Source: an uncultured delta proteobacterium
Lineage (GTDB): Bacteria > Myxococcota_A > Polyangia > Polyangiales > Houyiibacteriaceae
NCBI GenBank assembly: GCA_963817725.1
Contig: CAWFPD010000006.1
Span: forward strand, 19,723-83,722
Direction of reading: 5' to 3'
Length of the DNA: 64,000 bases
In this document: positions 55,118 through 64,000 of the stretch, piece by piece
How positions within the stretch are numbered: the stretch's first letter is position 1
How the letters are laid out: every line of letters begins with the position of its first letter
Program-made: the position numbers and the translations under genes
Notes under the pieces: model-generated
The model's database searches: none
The model's input: only the letters and a program-made list of their open reading frames with translations
What the model was told of the DNA's origin: nothing

Positions 55118-56481
55118 CTGGCGCCTGCCAGCCGTCCAGAGTCCTCGTCCCTGGCGACGTCGATGAGCTGCGACGGATCATCCAACACGCAAACGAGGTC
55201 GGCGAGAGCCTCGTCGTCACGTCCTCGAAAAGCCCACACTTCCGGGGTGGCTTGGCCAGCGCGGAGCCGCACGCCCTCGTCGACCTCTCCTCTTGGAAGC
55301 GGATCGATTTAGTCGACCGGCGTAACCGAGTGTGTCGCGTCGAGCCCGGGGTGACGTACGACGAGCTCCTCGAGGCGCTCCGGCCCCACGGCATGACGCT
55401 TCCGATGCCGATCGCACCGCGCAGCACCAAGAGCGTGGTCGCAGCCGTGATGGACCGCGAGCCCGGCACCTGGCCGAACAAGCAATGGGACGGGAGCGAC
55501 CCCGTCGGGAGCACCGAGTTTTTGTTCGGAAGCGGGGAGCACTTTCGAACGGGCGCAGCAGGTGGCCCGGGCTCGATCGAGGCGCAACGCAAGGCGGGAG
55601 GGGCGCAGAAGTTTTCGTCGGGGCCATCGCACACCGATTTTCATCGTGTGTTGCAGGGTGCGCAGGGAACGATGGGCATCGTGACTTGGGCCACGCTCAG
55701 GGCGGAGCTCGCTCCGTCGATCGAGGACCCGCATCTTTTGCGCGCGGACTCCCTAGACGCCCTGATCCCGTATGTCTACGACGTGCAACGGGCTCTGCTC
55801 GGGGAGCATTCGTTCATCTTGAACCGTCAGGCGGCCGCCATGCTGATGGCGGGCGCAGACGAGGCGCGATTCGCCTCGCTCTGCGGCTCGCTACCAGCCT
55901 TCCTCTGCCTGCAGAACATCGCGGGGTTCGAGCGGCTGCCCAAAGAGCGGCTCGCCTACCAGCGCGACGACATCGGCGCGCACGCCGCCCGGCATCACCT
56001 AGAGCTCCTTCGCGCGTTCGACGCGGTGTCCGCGCGCGATCTGCTCTCGCGCTCGACTTGCACCTGCGGGCAGAACGATTGGCGCCACCACCTTCAGGGC
56101 GGCTGTCTTTCGGTCTTCTTCCTCACCACGCTCGATCGAGCGCCCGAGCTCGCCGCGTGCTTCGTGACGTGCGCGAAAGAGCACGGCGTCGCCGAAGCCG
56201 AGATCGGCCTCTACATCCAGCCGATCGTTCAAAACCACGGCTGTCATGTCGAGCTCATGGTCCGCTACGATTCCGGCTCACCAAGCGCACACGCGAACAT
56301 GCAGCGGCTCGAACGAGGCGCGGTCGGACGGCTCCTCGATGCCGGCGCGTTTTTCAGCCGCCCGTACGGGACAGCGGATCGGATTTTTGCGAAGAACCCG
56401 GCCAATTTCGCGCTGATCCGGCAGGTGAAATCGATCTTCGATCCGAACCGCGTGCTTCATCGCGGCAAGTGGGGGCTCTAG
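55114..56481 (+). CDS. FAD-binding (PCMH-type) oxidoreductase, GlcD/GlcE-like
   Basis: RVLVPGDVDELRRIIQHANEVGESLVV...VEPGVTYDELLEAL...LQGAQGTMGIVTWATL. ATGA overlap upstream. Confidence 0.65.
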   Translation: MTGACQPSRVLVPGDVDELRRIIQHANEVGESLVVTSSKSPHFRGGLASAEPHALVDLSSWKRIDLVDRRNRVCRVEPGVTYDELLEALRPHGMTLPMPIAPRSTKSVVAAVMDREPGTWPNKQWDGSDPVGSTEFLFGSGEHFRTGAAGGPGSIEAQRKAGGAQKFSSGPSHTDFHRVLQGAQGTMGIVTWATLRAELAPSIEDPHLLRADSLDALIPYVYDVQRALLGEHSFILNRQAAAMLMAGADEARFASLCGSLPAFLCLQNIAGFERLPKERLAYQRDDIGAHAARHHLELLRAFDAVSARDLLSRSTCTCGQNDWRHHLQGGCLSVFFLTTLDRAPELAACFVTCAKEHGVAEAEIGLYIQPIVQNHGCHVELMVRYDSGSPSAHANMQRLERGAVGRLLDAGAFFSRPYGTADRIFAKNPANFALIRQVKSIFDPNRVLHRGKWGL

Positions 56482-56483
56482 CG

Positions 56484-58184
56484 ATGCCGCTCGACGAACA
56501 CGCATACGAAACGCTGACCGACATCGTCGGCGAGCCTTGGGTGGAGCGGGCTGCCTGCGTGCTCGATACCTACGCGTACTACCAAAACCCCGAAACGATG
56601 AATCAGGATGGGTCGCAATGGCTGCCTCGGCCCGCTGCGGTGGTTCTGCCCGACTCGGCCGAAGAGATCCAAGAGATCATGCGCTTTTGCTCGCGCAGCA
56701 AGTACATGGCCAAACCGATTTCAACCGGGTTCCACACGGCCGCGGCCGCGTCCAACGACGACACGATCATCCTCGACCTCAAGCGGATGAACCGCATCCT
56801 CGACATCGACGAGAAGAATCAGATCGCGGTCATCGAGCCCTACGTCCGGGGCATCGACTTGCAAACGCAGCTTCTGAAAGTCGGCCTCAACTGCCACATC
56901 ATCTCGGCAGGGGCGATGCACTCGCTGCTCGCTTCGCACGCAGCGGCGTGGGGGTACGGCGTGACAGGCGCATCGACCAGCTATTCCGGGCGCAATCTCC
57001 TCGGAGTCGAATGGGTCCTCCCGAACGGCGATATCGTCACGCTCGGGAGTGGGGGCTCGGGCGCGGGCTGGTTCACCTGCGAGGGGCCGGGGCCTTCGAT
57101 GCGCGGCGTCATGCGGGGCTTTCACGGCACATTTGGCGGCTTGGGCGTGTTCACGAAATGTTCGATCAAGCTCTACAAGTACGACGGGCCGCGTTCCTGG
57201 GACTTCGAAGGTCAATCCCCAAACTACGTGCTCAAGGAGATCCCGAAGCGGAGCAAGTTCACCGCGATCGCCTTCCCCTCGCGCCAGGCCGAACGCGACG
57301 GGGGCTACAAGATGGGCGAGGCGGAGCTCAACTACGGCGAATTCCGCACGCCGATGTTCTTCACTGCGCTCGGTCTCACCAACAACAACCTCGAGCTCAA
57401 AGAAGCCCTCGACAGCGGGCTCTTTCCGAAGTTCGCCAATCACGTGCTGTCTTGTGCGTTCTTCGCGGCCTCGGACGCGGAGTTTGCGTGGAAGGAGAGG
57501 GCGCTCGCGGAAATCATCAAAGAAACGAATGCCGCGCCCGTGCCGTTCAACCTGTCCGCGTCGGTCCGCTCACTCAAGCTCGCTGGGAAGTTGCTGGCCG
57601 CCGTCAAAGACCCGCTCGCACCGCTCCGTAGGTCGACTGCGCTCCAGAGGTTCGCCGAGTCGTCGAGGTTCGGAGCCGCACAGCGAAGGGCGACCCAGTC
57701 GCGGCTCTTCTGGCTCCTGGTGCGCAACGCCGTGAACATTCAATCGGCATTCCGTCCGTCGCAGGGGATGGCGACGATGATGGGCGCGTTTGACACCTGG
57801 GACCTCGCGCACACCCAAGCCGAGTACGCCGCGAAAGCCAAGCAAAAGTACATCGAACAGGGGCTGATCATCGCCGATGGCGGCGACTTGGGCGCGGGCG
57901 GCACGTTCGAGAGCGGGCACCTCGGCTATCTCGAGGGGATCATCCTCTACGATCCAAGCAACCCCGCCTCGGTCGAAGCGGTGCGCGACTTGGTCGAAAG
58001 CGGCCTTCGCGCATCGATCGACAACGCCTTGGGTGTCCCCATCGCCGGCTTCGGCGTGAACGCCAACAAAGAGCTCGGACCCGCCTGCTCCCACTACGAC
58101 CGCTGGGTCGCCCGAATCAAGTCCGCCCTCGACCCAAACACCGCATCGGACCCATTCTTCTACTCCGAGCCCGACGAGGAATGA
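56484..58184 (+). CDS. FAD-binding (PCMH-type) oxidoreductase, second copy
   Basis: PAAVVLPDSAEEIQEIMRFCSRSKYMAKPISTG...IAVIEPYVRGIDLQTQL. It starts 2 nt after the previous stop. Confidence 0.65.
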   Translation: MPLDEHAYETLTDIVGEPWVERAACVLDTYAYYQNPETMNQDGSQWLPRPAAVVLPDSAEEIQEIMRFCSRSKYMAKPISTGFHTAAAASNDDTIILDLKRMNRILDIDEKNQIAVIEPYVRGIDLQTQLLKVGLNCHIISAGAMHSLLASHAAAWGYGVTGASTSYSGRNLLGVEWVLPNGDIVTLGSGGSGAGWFTCEGPGPSMRGVMRGFHGTFGGLGVFTKCSIKLYKYDGPRSWDFEGQSPNYVLKEIPKRSKFTAIAFPSRQAERDGGYKMGEAELNYGEFRTPMFFTALGLTNNNLELKEALDSGLFPKFANHVLSCAFFAASDAEFAWKERALAEIIKETNAAPVPFNLSASVRSLKLAGKLLAAVKDPLAPLRRSTALQRFAESSRFGAAQRRATQSRLFWLLVRNAVNIQSAFRPSQGMATMMGAFDTWDLAHTQAEYAAKAKQKYIEQGLIIADGGDLGAGGTFESGHLGYLEGIILYDPSNPASVEAVRDLVESGLRASIDNALGVPIAGFGVNANKELGPACSHYDRWVARIKSALDPNTASDPFFYSEPDEE

Positions 58185-58285
58185 TCGAGCCGCACGCTTC
58201 CCAAGATCCCCATACGAACGTACGATGCAGGCATCGCCTGGAAGGTCGTGGGTGCGGCGGTGTCCGGTGGCGAGGGGAGGGCGCG

Positions 58286-59932
58286 ATGCGACGGTGCAAG
58301 CTCCATGGGATCGGCATGTATGGGGCCCTGGCCGCCCTGCTCGCGTCATGCAGCAGCTCGAACGGCAGCGGTACAGGTGGTACCGGCGGCGCAGGGGGCG
58401 TGGCCGGCAATGAGGGCAACGGCGGCACCGGCGGAAACGAGCTCGGCATCGACGACCCGTCGGACCACTTCGACATCTTCGACCCGCAAGAAGATGCCGA
58501 GGGCATGGAGCTTGCGGCCGGCACCGAAACCGCACTGCCGCCCGACGAGGAGATCCGAGCGTTCTTCACGGCCATCGAAGCAAGCGGCGGCGAGGCGTCG
58601 CTGCTCTTCGACCACGACACCGACGGTCAGCTCCTCAATGTGCGCATCCCGGTTCCCGAAGGCGACATCGTGACCGACGGAAGCGGCGGGGCCTATGTCG
58701 ACGTGGACATCGGTCCGGTCACCATCCGCGTCGCCAACAACGTCGACTCCACCATGACGCTTCCTCTGTTGGTGGTTCCCGTTTCGGATTTGTCGTCGAT
58801 CGTGCTTCTCAAGAGTTACTCGCGCTTGCTTCGGGACGGCTCACTCGGCCCGGTGCGCCTTGATTTCGTCTCGGCATTCGACGCGGAAAACGAAGCGGCG
58901 GGGCCCCTGGCGGGGCTCGACCTCAGCAGCGAGCCGCAGGTCGACCTGACCGGCGACTGCGATTCGATGGCCTGGCAGATCGCGAGCGAAGTGCCGGCGA
59001 TGGCGGTGAAGTTCCCCCCAATCGAAGGTTGCAGCGAAAATGAGTGCGCCCTCGTCAAGGCCGCGTGGATTCGCGCAAATCACGACGTCTGGCGCATCCG
59101 GCAGATGCTCGAGTACCTGGACACCCAGTTCGAAGAGCAGCGTAACTTCTTGTGGGACAAGCCGGCCGTGGATCCGCAAGGAAACCCCATGGGCGAGGAA
59201 ACCTCTCTTCAGTTCTATTTCGGCGGCTTTGCGCAATATCGTTTCGAGGCCATCCGCTGGGTGTTCAAGCGGCTCTGGGACGACATGCATGACCTCGATC
59301 TGCAGGGCCTCGCGCTCGATTTCGAATGTCGACCCAGTGGCGCGGGTGACGTCTGCAACACGGCGCATCCTCCCGCCCATCATGCCGTCAAGAGCAACAT
59401 CAAGATCTGCGACGAGTTTTTCGACCAGCCCGACTGGTATCAGCCTTTGCTCATGGTCCACGAGCCGCTGCACCACGTCTTCGTCCCCTGGAACGACAAC
59501 ACCCCACGCCTCGATCCGATCCAAGACACCCACACCCACGGTCACGGCAACGTCTGTGCAGCCAGCCTGCAGACCAACAAGGGCTACGGCATCAACGAAG
59601 TGCGTCACCTGGCCACGTACAAAGCGGACAACGGCAACACCTGCTTTCATCGCAACTTCGCGTTTCGCAACAACGACACCTATGGCTGGGTCGCCCAAGT
59701 GATCGGCTCAGGCGTGCGTTTTGGCGAGATTCACCACTGGCCCTACATCCCCAATACCTCGCCGCCGACCCCCGAGCCCTGCTCGAACGACGGCTACCCC
59801 GACCCGGGCAACGGCTGGGACGATCCGCTCGATCAATGCATGAAGATCGGTCAGGAGATGGTGTGCCCCGGTGGCGGAGGCGGCGGCGGGCCCACCCTGC
59901 CGGACCTCGACATCGGAATCAACTGCCCCTAG
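58286..59932 (+). CDS. Lipoprotein, putative zinc metallopeptidase (HExxH)
   Basis: RBS ggggagg, lipobox LAALLASCSS, a Gly-rich linker, and LLMVHEPLHHVF. Confidence 0.55.
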   Translation: MRRCKLHGIGMYGALAALLASCSSSNGSGTGGTGGAGGVAGNEGNGGTGGNELGIDDPSDHFDIFDPQEDAEGMELAAGTETALPPDEEIRAFFTAIEASGGEASLLFDHDTDGQLLNVRIPVPEGDIVTDGSGGAYVDVDIGPVTIRVANNVDSTMTLPLLVVPVSDLSSIVLLKSYSRLLRDGSLGPVRLDFVSAFDAENEAAGPLAGLDLSSEPQVDLTGDCDSMAWQIASEVPAMAVKFPPIEGCSENECALVKAAWIRANHDVWRIRQMLEYLDTQFEEQRNFLWDKPAVDPQGNPMGEETSLQFYFGGFAQYRFEAIRWVFKRLWDDMHDLDLQGLALDFECRPSGAGDVCNTAHPPAHHAVKSNIKICDEFFDQPDWYQPLLMVHEPLHHVFVPWNDNTPRLDPIQDTHTHGHGNVCAASLQTNKGYGINEVRHLATYKADNGNTCFHRNFAFRNNDTYGWVAQVIGSGVRFGEIHHWPYIPNTSPPTPEPCSNDGYPDPGNGWDDPLDQCMKIGQEMVCPGGGGGGGPTLPDLDIGINCP

Positions 59933-59939
59933 CGGTGGG

Positions 59940-60278
59940 TCACCCGTGGTCATGCCCGTGCGGTCGCTGTGCCAAGGCCTCGACCCGGGTTTCGAGCTCG
60001 CTCGAGCGCACGGCGCTTTGCTGATTCAGAAGCGACTCGAGCGCACGCGCCCAGCAGCGGTAGTAGCTCCAGCTCTCTTCGGGCGGATGGTCCGCTTCCC
60101 ACGCGGCGATTTCGGCGATGAGATGCTCGCGGAAGCGCGCGTACTCGATCGCGCCGCGTTCGACGAGTGCCATGGTCAACCCAAAGACACGCCGCTCCCA
60201 GGGGGCTTCGAAGACGAGCTCGCCATTTTGGCGCGGAGGCGCGGCGGTGCCCGTCACGTCCAAAAGCTCCTCGCTCAC
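59940..60278 (-). CDS. Nitrile hydratase accessory (activator) protein
   Basis: [26 protein letters not shown]. The GTG overlaps the alpha-subunit stop (GTGA). Confidence 0.75.
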   Translation of the reverse strand: MSEELLDVTGTAAPPRQNGELVFEAPWERRVFGLTMALVERGAIEYARFREHLIAEIAAWEADHPPEESWSYYRCWARALESLLNQQSAVRSSELETRVEALAQRPHGHDHG

Positions 60279-60871
60279 GTGCGCCGGCTCCCTTCCGGCT
60301 TCGCAACGCCGATCATCGAGTCCCGAGTGACCAGCGCGACGAGCTCCTCTTCGCCGAGGGCTTCCGTTCCAGGCGGACGCTCGGGAAGCACCAGGTACCG
60401 AACCTCCGAGCTGCTGTCCCACACCCGCACTTCGACGTCCTCGGGAAGCGCGAGACCCATTTCACGCAGGACCTTTCGCGGCTCCCGCACCACGCGCGAG
60501 CGATATTCCGGGGACTTGTACCAATTCGGGGGCAAGCCGAGGACGGGCCATGGGTAGCACGAACACAGCGTACAAACGACGACGTTGTGGATCTCGGGCG
60601 TGTTCTCGACCACGCGAAGATGCGCGCCTTCGGGCCCGCCGAATCCGAGCTCCGCGACGGCCTCGGTGGCGTTCTTCAAGAGCCGCTGTTTGTAAGCAGG
60701 GTCGACCCATGCCCGCGCCACCACCTTGGCGCCATTGAGCGGGCCGACGTTGGTTTCGTAATGCGCGATGATCTGGTCGACGGTCTTCTCGTCAATCAAA
60801 TCCTTTTCGAGCAGGAGCGCTTCGAGCGCTTCCACGCGGGTGGCGAGGTCCGAGTTGTCGTGTTTGCTCAT
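60275..60871 (-). CDS. nthA: Nitrile hydratase alpha subunit, cobalt type
   Basis: [11 protein letters not shown] is the Co-type VCTLCSC motif. RBS ggagg. Confidence 0.9.
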   Translation of the reverse strand: MSKHDNSDLATRVEALEALLLEKDLIDEKTVDQIIAHYETNVGPLNGAKVVARAWVDPAYKQRLLKNATEAVAELGFGGPEGAHLRVVENTPEIHNVVVCTLCSCYPWPVLGLPPNWYKSPEYRSRVVREPRKVLREMGLALPEDVEVRVWDSSSEVRYLVLPERPPGTEALGEEELVALVTRDSMIGVAKPEGSRRT

Positions 60872-60888
60872 TCGGCCTCCATTGCTCT

Positions 60889-61608
60889 TCACGCGGTCTC
60901 CAGGTACGGCTCGAACAGATCGACCAAAAGAACGACGCCTGGCTCCGAGCCTGGTCCCCACACTTCTTGGCCGTCGAACGCGACCGTGTAGAGATGCTGC
61001 GGATGTTCCTTTTTCCCTGCGGCATGCACGTCCGGAAAGATCATGGCGCCGTGGGCGCGCTGCACCGTGCCCCGATGACCGCACACATAACCCGGGATTC
61101 GCGTGTGCCCTGACGGCCTCTCCACGACGGTGCGCACGTGGTCACCGGGCTCGAACGCTGGGTCGTGCGGCGCCTTGCGCGAGAAGCCCTGGACACGGGG
61201 ATACAATCGCAAGAGCCACGGCGGCATCGGGCTCATGGCCTTGCGCGTCAACCAAGTCCGGATCGCCTTTTGCCATGTGGGCGGCTTGCGTGTGCCGCGT
61301 GCCGGCGGCTCCTCTCCACGCAAACGCGCCTCCACCTCCCCGTCTGCAAGGAACCCCCGGGCTTCCAGTCGACCCTCGAGCGCGCGCAACCAGCGGGCGT
61401 AGTACCCGCGAAGATAGATCTCCGGATCGAGCCGCTCGATCGCGTCACGCATGGCGTCGAGGTTCGCGCCCAAGATCCCTCCGGCCGCGATCGCCAGCCC
61501 GAATGTCCGAGCTTCCCAGCGCTCATGAAAGACGGGCTCGTCGGCTTCGCGCTCGATCGGCCCAAAGAACCGCTCATCTCCTCCCATGTCATGGAGGGCT
61601 CTCGGCAT
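60889..61608 (-). CDS. nthB: Nitrile hydratase beta subunit
   Basis: [38 protein letters not shown] ... [16 protein letters not shown]. Confidence 0.85.
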   Translation of the reverse strand: MPRALHDMGGDERFFGPIEREADEPVFHERWEARTFGLAIAAGGILGANLDAMRDAIERLDPEIYLRGYYARWLRALEGRLEARGFLADGEVEARLRGEEPPARGTRKPPTWQKAIRTWLTRKAMSPMPPWLLRLYPRVQGFSRKAPHDPAFEPGDHVRTVVERPSGHTRIPGYVCGHRGTVQRAHGAMIFPDVHAAGKKEHPQHLYTVAFDGQEVWGPGSEPGVVLLVDLFEPYLETA

Positions 61609-61693
61609 GCGTCGGGATGGTATCAGCTCGCGCCTATGAGAAGCCACCTTATATGTTCCCCACGTGTCTGCAAACTAGGAATCCTTTGCTACG

Positions 61694-62731
61694 ATGCCTT
61701 GCATGAAACGCCGCCCCTGGCGTCTCGTGGTCCTTGGCCTCGTCGCCGTGCTTGCGATCCTATTCGCCGTCGCGGTCTTCTTGCTCCACACCTACCAGTC
61801 CCCTCCGGTCGATCCCAATTGGGCCGTGCCAGGCGCGACCGAGATTCCTGAAGGCGCCGTCACCGTGCGCTACACGGGCACGGCGACGCTCACGTTTTCC
61901 GATGGCGAGACGACCTGGATGACCGACGGTTGGTTCTCGCGTCCGGGGGCGTTGCAGGTCCTCTTCGGTGAGATCGAGCCCGACCTCGACGCGATCACAA
62001 GAGGCCTCGAGCGCAACCACGTCGACCACCTCGCGGCCGTCTTCGTGCTGCACTCGCACTACGACCATGCGATGGACGCCCCCGAGGTAGCCAAGCGAAC
62101 GGGCGCCCTGCTCCTCGGCTCCGAATCGACGGCCAACATCGGGCGAGGGTGGGGCCTTCCCGAGGAGCAAATCCGCGTAGTCGAAAACCGTAAACCCATC
62201 GAGCTCGGCAAGTTCACGCTGACCCCGATCGAGCTTCAGCATTTTCAGTTCCCCGACCCCAAGCTCGCCGCCCGCGCTCTCGGCGACCCGGACATCGACG
62301 CGCCGCTCATCCCGCCTGTCGGCGCCTTCGACTACAAGGTCGGCAAGGTGTACGCGCTCCACGTCGCGCATCCCAAGGGCACCTGGCTCATTCTGGGTAG
62401 CGCCGGCTTCGTCGAGGGAGCCCTGCAAGGCTACGACGCCGACGTGGTTTTCCTAGGCGTCGGCGCCCTCGGTTCGCAAACCGACGCTTACCGCGGAACC
62501 TATTGGAAGGAAACCATCGGCCGCACCCGCCCAACCCGCGTCATCCCGATCCACTGGGACAGCCTCACCGGTCCCGCCGAGGGTCCCTTCACCGGCATGG
62601 TCCGCGGCGCCGCGCTGCTCTCCAAAGGATCCGACGAGCTGCTTCCGTTCCTCGAGGCGAAAGCAGCCGAGAATCCGAATGTCCAGTTCATCACGCTGCC
62701 GCGATACGAGCCGGTGGTATTGTTTGACTGA
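61694..62731 (+). CDS. Membrane-anchored MBL-fold metallo-hydrolase
   Basis: N-terminal TM segment LVVLGLVAVLAILFAVAVFLL and the VLHSHYDHAMD (HxHxDH) motif. Confidence 0.75.
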   Translation: MPCMKRRPWRLVVLGLVAVLAILFAVAVFLLHTYQSPPVDPNWAVPGATEIPEGAVTVRYTGTATLTFSDGETTWMTDGWFSRPGALQVLFGEIEPDLDAITRGLERNHVDHLAAVFVLHSHYDHAMDAPEVAKRTGALLLGSESTANIGRGWGLPEEQIRVVENRKPIELGKFTLTPIELQHFQFPDPKLAARALGDPDIDAPLIPPVGAFDYKVGKVYALHVAHPKGTWLILGSAGFVEGALQGYDADVVFLGVGALGSQTDAYRGTYWKETIGRTRPTRVIPIHWDSLTGPAEGPFTGMVRGAALLSKGSDELLPFLEAKAAENPNVQFITLPRYEPVVLFD

Positions 62732-62752
62732 GCACCCCGCGATGTCGCACCC

Positions 62753-64000
62753 ATGACCTCCACCCCTTTCGAAAGTCTCGAAGGCCAGGCGTTCTATCAA
62801 AGACGCGTGGCCCTTTTCGGCCTGAGCGCTGCGGCTGCCGGCGCCATCGGGCTCCTGTTTCGCGTGATCATCGGCCTTTGGTCGGGAACGTTCGAGCAGC
62901 TTGGCGACGACCCGAGCTTTTGGCTTCATTTCGCAGGCATCGTGCCATGCGTTGGGATGTGGCTGTTTTGCCGACGCGGCCGGCTGCCGCTCAACAAGGC
63001 GATGGCCGCGGAGACGTCGGGTCTCCTGTTCGCGTCGGTCGCATATATCGGCATGGGAATGACGATTCCGCCCGAGGTGGGGGCCGATGTCATCACGGCG
63101 TTCACGCTTTCGTTTGCCTTTTTTTCGCGTGCCGTGTTCGTTCCGAGCACCGCGCGGCAGACCGTCTGGTTAGGTTTCCTCATCGGCGTGCCCCTCATCG
63201 GCATGATGAGTTGGCACTACCTCGACGTCGACGCCGAGATGTGGCGCAGGGTCGGTTACGACACCCGCGGCTTTGAAAGACGACGCATTGCCGTATCCTC
63301 GGCCCTGATGACGACCATGTGGTGGACGCTGACCGTCGGGCTGGCAAGCCTGGCTTCGCGCGTGATTCACCGTCTTCGGAGCGAGATGCAAACCATTCGG
63401 CGTCTCGGGCAGTACCAGCTCGAGCGCAAGCTCGGCGAAGGCTCGATGGGGGTCGTCTATCAGGCCACACACGGGATGTTGAAGCGGCCGACCGCGGTGA
63501 AGCTGCTCCGCCCGGAGCTCGGCGGCTCCGAAATGCTCGACCGCTTTCGTAGAGAAGTGCAGCTGACGGCCAAGCTGACGCATTCGCACACGGTCAAGAT
63601 CTACGACTACGGCCGGACACCCGAGGGGCTGTTCTACTACGCCATGGAGCTTCTCAACGGTGCGAGCCTCCAAGATATCGTCGATGCCACGGGGCCTCAG
63701 CCGGTACGACGTGTCGTGCGGATCCTCCGGGATGTGGCGCTCGCGCTCGACGAAGCCCACGCCATCGGTTTGATCCATCGCGACATTAAGCCAAGTAACA
63801 TCATGCTCACGAGGCAGGGCAGGGCCTACGACGTCGTCAAAGTCCTCGATTTCGGGCTGGTGAAGGACATGGAAGACACCGAAGACCCCGACCAGACCGA
63901 CATCCGAATGATCAAGGGCACACCCCGTTACATCAGCCCTGAGGCGGTCAACGATCCGCGAAGCGTCGATCCGCGAAGTGACCTCTACGCGCTCGGGGCG
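62753..64000 (+). CDS. Ser/Thr protein kinase with an N-terminal multi-TM domain, 3'-partial (runs off the window)
   Basis: Manual translation; this frame is absent from the ORF track because no stop is reached. Motifs: LGEGSMGVVYQA, AVKLL, LIHRDIKPSNIML, DFGLVK and GTPRYISPE. Confidence 0.85.
   Translation, partial: MTSTPFESLEGQAFYQRRVALFGLSAAAAGAIGLLFRVIIGLWSGTFEQLGDDPSFWLHFAGIVPCVGMWLFCRRGRLPLNKAMAAETSGLLFASVAYIGMGMTIPPEVGADVITAFTLSFAFFSRAVFVPSTARQTVWLGFLIGVPLIGMMSWHYLDVDAEMWRRVGYDTRGFERRRIAVSSALMTTMWWTLTVGLASLASRVIHRLRSEMQTIRRLGQYQLERKLGEGSMGVVYQATHGMLKRPTAVKLLRPELGGSEMLDRFRREVQLTAKLTHSHTVKIYDYGRTPEGLFYYAMELLNGASLQDIVDATGPQPVRRVVRILRDVALALDEAHAIGLIHRDIKPSNIMLTRQGRAYDVVKVLDFGLVKDMEDTEDPDQTDIRMIKGTPRYISPEAVNDPRSVDPRSDLYALGA

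Noticed and set aside
48295-56483. N-terminal extensions of track ORFs 48295.., 53000.., 54436.. and 55332..
   Set aside because: The extensions are Arg/Pro-rich read-through in alternative frames of the preceding genes. Real starts with signal peptides or ATGA coupling lie at 48868, 53822, 55114 and 56484.
57570-58535. 321-aa minus-strand ORF
   Set aside because: It is antisense to the end of the FAD oxidoreductase gene and the start of the lipoprotein gene, and it is low-complexity.
60167-61706. Plus-strand ORFs 60167..60991 and 60768..61706
   Set aside because: They are antisense to the nitrile hydratase alpha and beta genes, which have diagnostic motifs.
1-64000. tRNA, rRNA, prophage, IS element, integrase
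   Set aside because: I could recognise no cloverleaf-like or rRNA-like segments and no transposase, integrase, capsid or terminase-like ORFs. Absence by eye is not proof, so tRNAscan and ISfinder should be run.

Overview
GC-rich bacterial chromosomal segment. The gene content suggests Myxococcota: delta-60-repeat and Gly-rich-linker lipoproteins, a giant EGF/PKD secreted protein and a Ser/Thr kinase. This taxon call is inference only. No rRNA, tRNA, CRISPR array, integrase or transposase was recognised.

The window splits into two parts.

(1) About 1-30.9 kb is an accessory island.
- It starts with a defence pair: a frameshifted DUF499-like AAA+ ATPase followed by an OLD-family nuclease.
- Next comes a cluster of paralogous Cys-rich membrane or lipoproteins.
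- From about 4.5 to 30.8 kb there is a highly reiterated mosaic. It holds six type II toxin-antitoxin loci with an intact toxin/antitoxin pair or intact antitoxin (HigBA, three Gp49/RelE-XRE pairs, BrnT-HTH, a ParDE-like pair with truncated toxin), a seventh chimeric BrnT-fusion locus, an orphan antitoxin-like ORF, and many TA fragments.
- Every plus-strand cassette is preceded by a conserved GC-rich junction repeat ending ...CGGCCGATAACC (at least 16 copies).
- The mosaic also contains six copies, mostly decayed, of a composite module. The module is made of a GH32 3' end, the junction, a HigB-like 5' stub, the central repeats of an HNH/DUF222 gene, and a convergent small membrane-protein gene.
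- A 23-bp direct repeat, CTGTCCAGATATCCGKGAGTCCC, occurs 24 times, always on the plus strand. Three copies lie inside the single intact HNH gene, where they encode VQISGSP.

(2) About 30.9-64 kb is mostly ordinary metabolic and envelope genes:
- GNAT, WS/DGAT, HspQ, SDR, a class II cytochrome c lipoprotein, cupins, GST, LuxR and a Co-type nitrile hydratase (beta-alpha-accessory).
- An MBL hydrolase and a partial Ser/Thr kinase.
- A 918-aa lipoprotein ending in a secreted-PLA2-like domain.
- A translationally coupled operon of TetR, FadL, a hypothetical protein, an RPH-like PEP-utilising enzyme, a GlcF-like Fe-S protein and two FAD oxidoreductases. Its substrate is unknown.

Four genes carry apparent frameshifts. 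A terminator-like hairpin family (AACAGGCCGCGCGGCCTGTT) and an AT-rich motif (AATTACGTAT) recur in intergenic regions.
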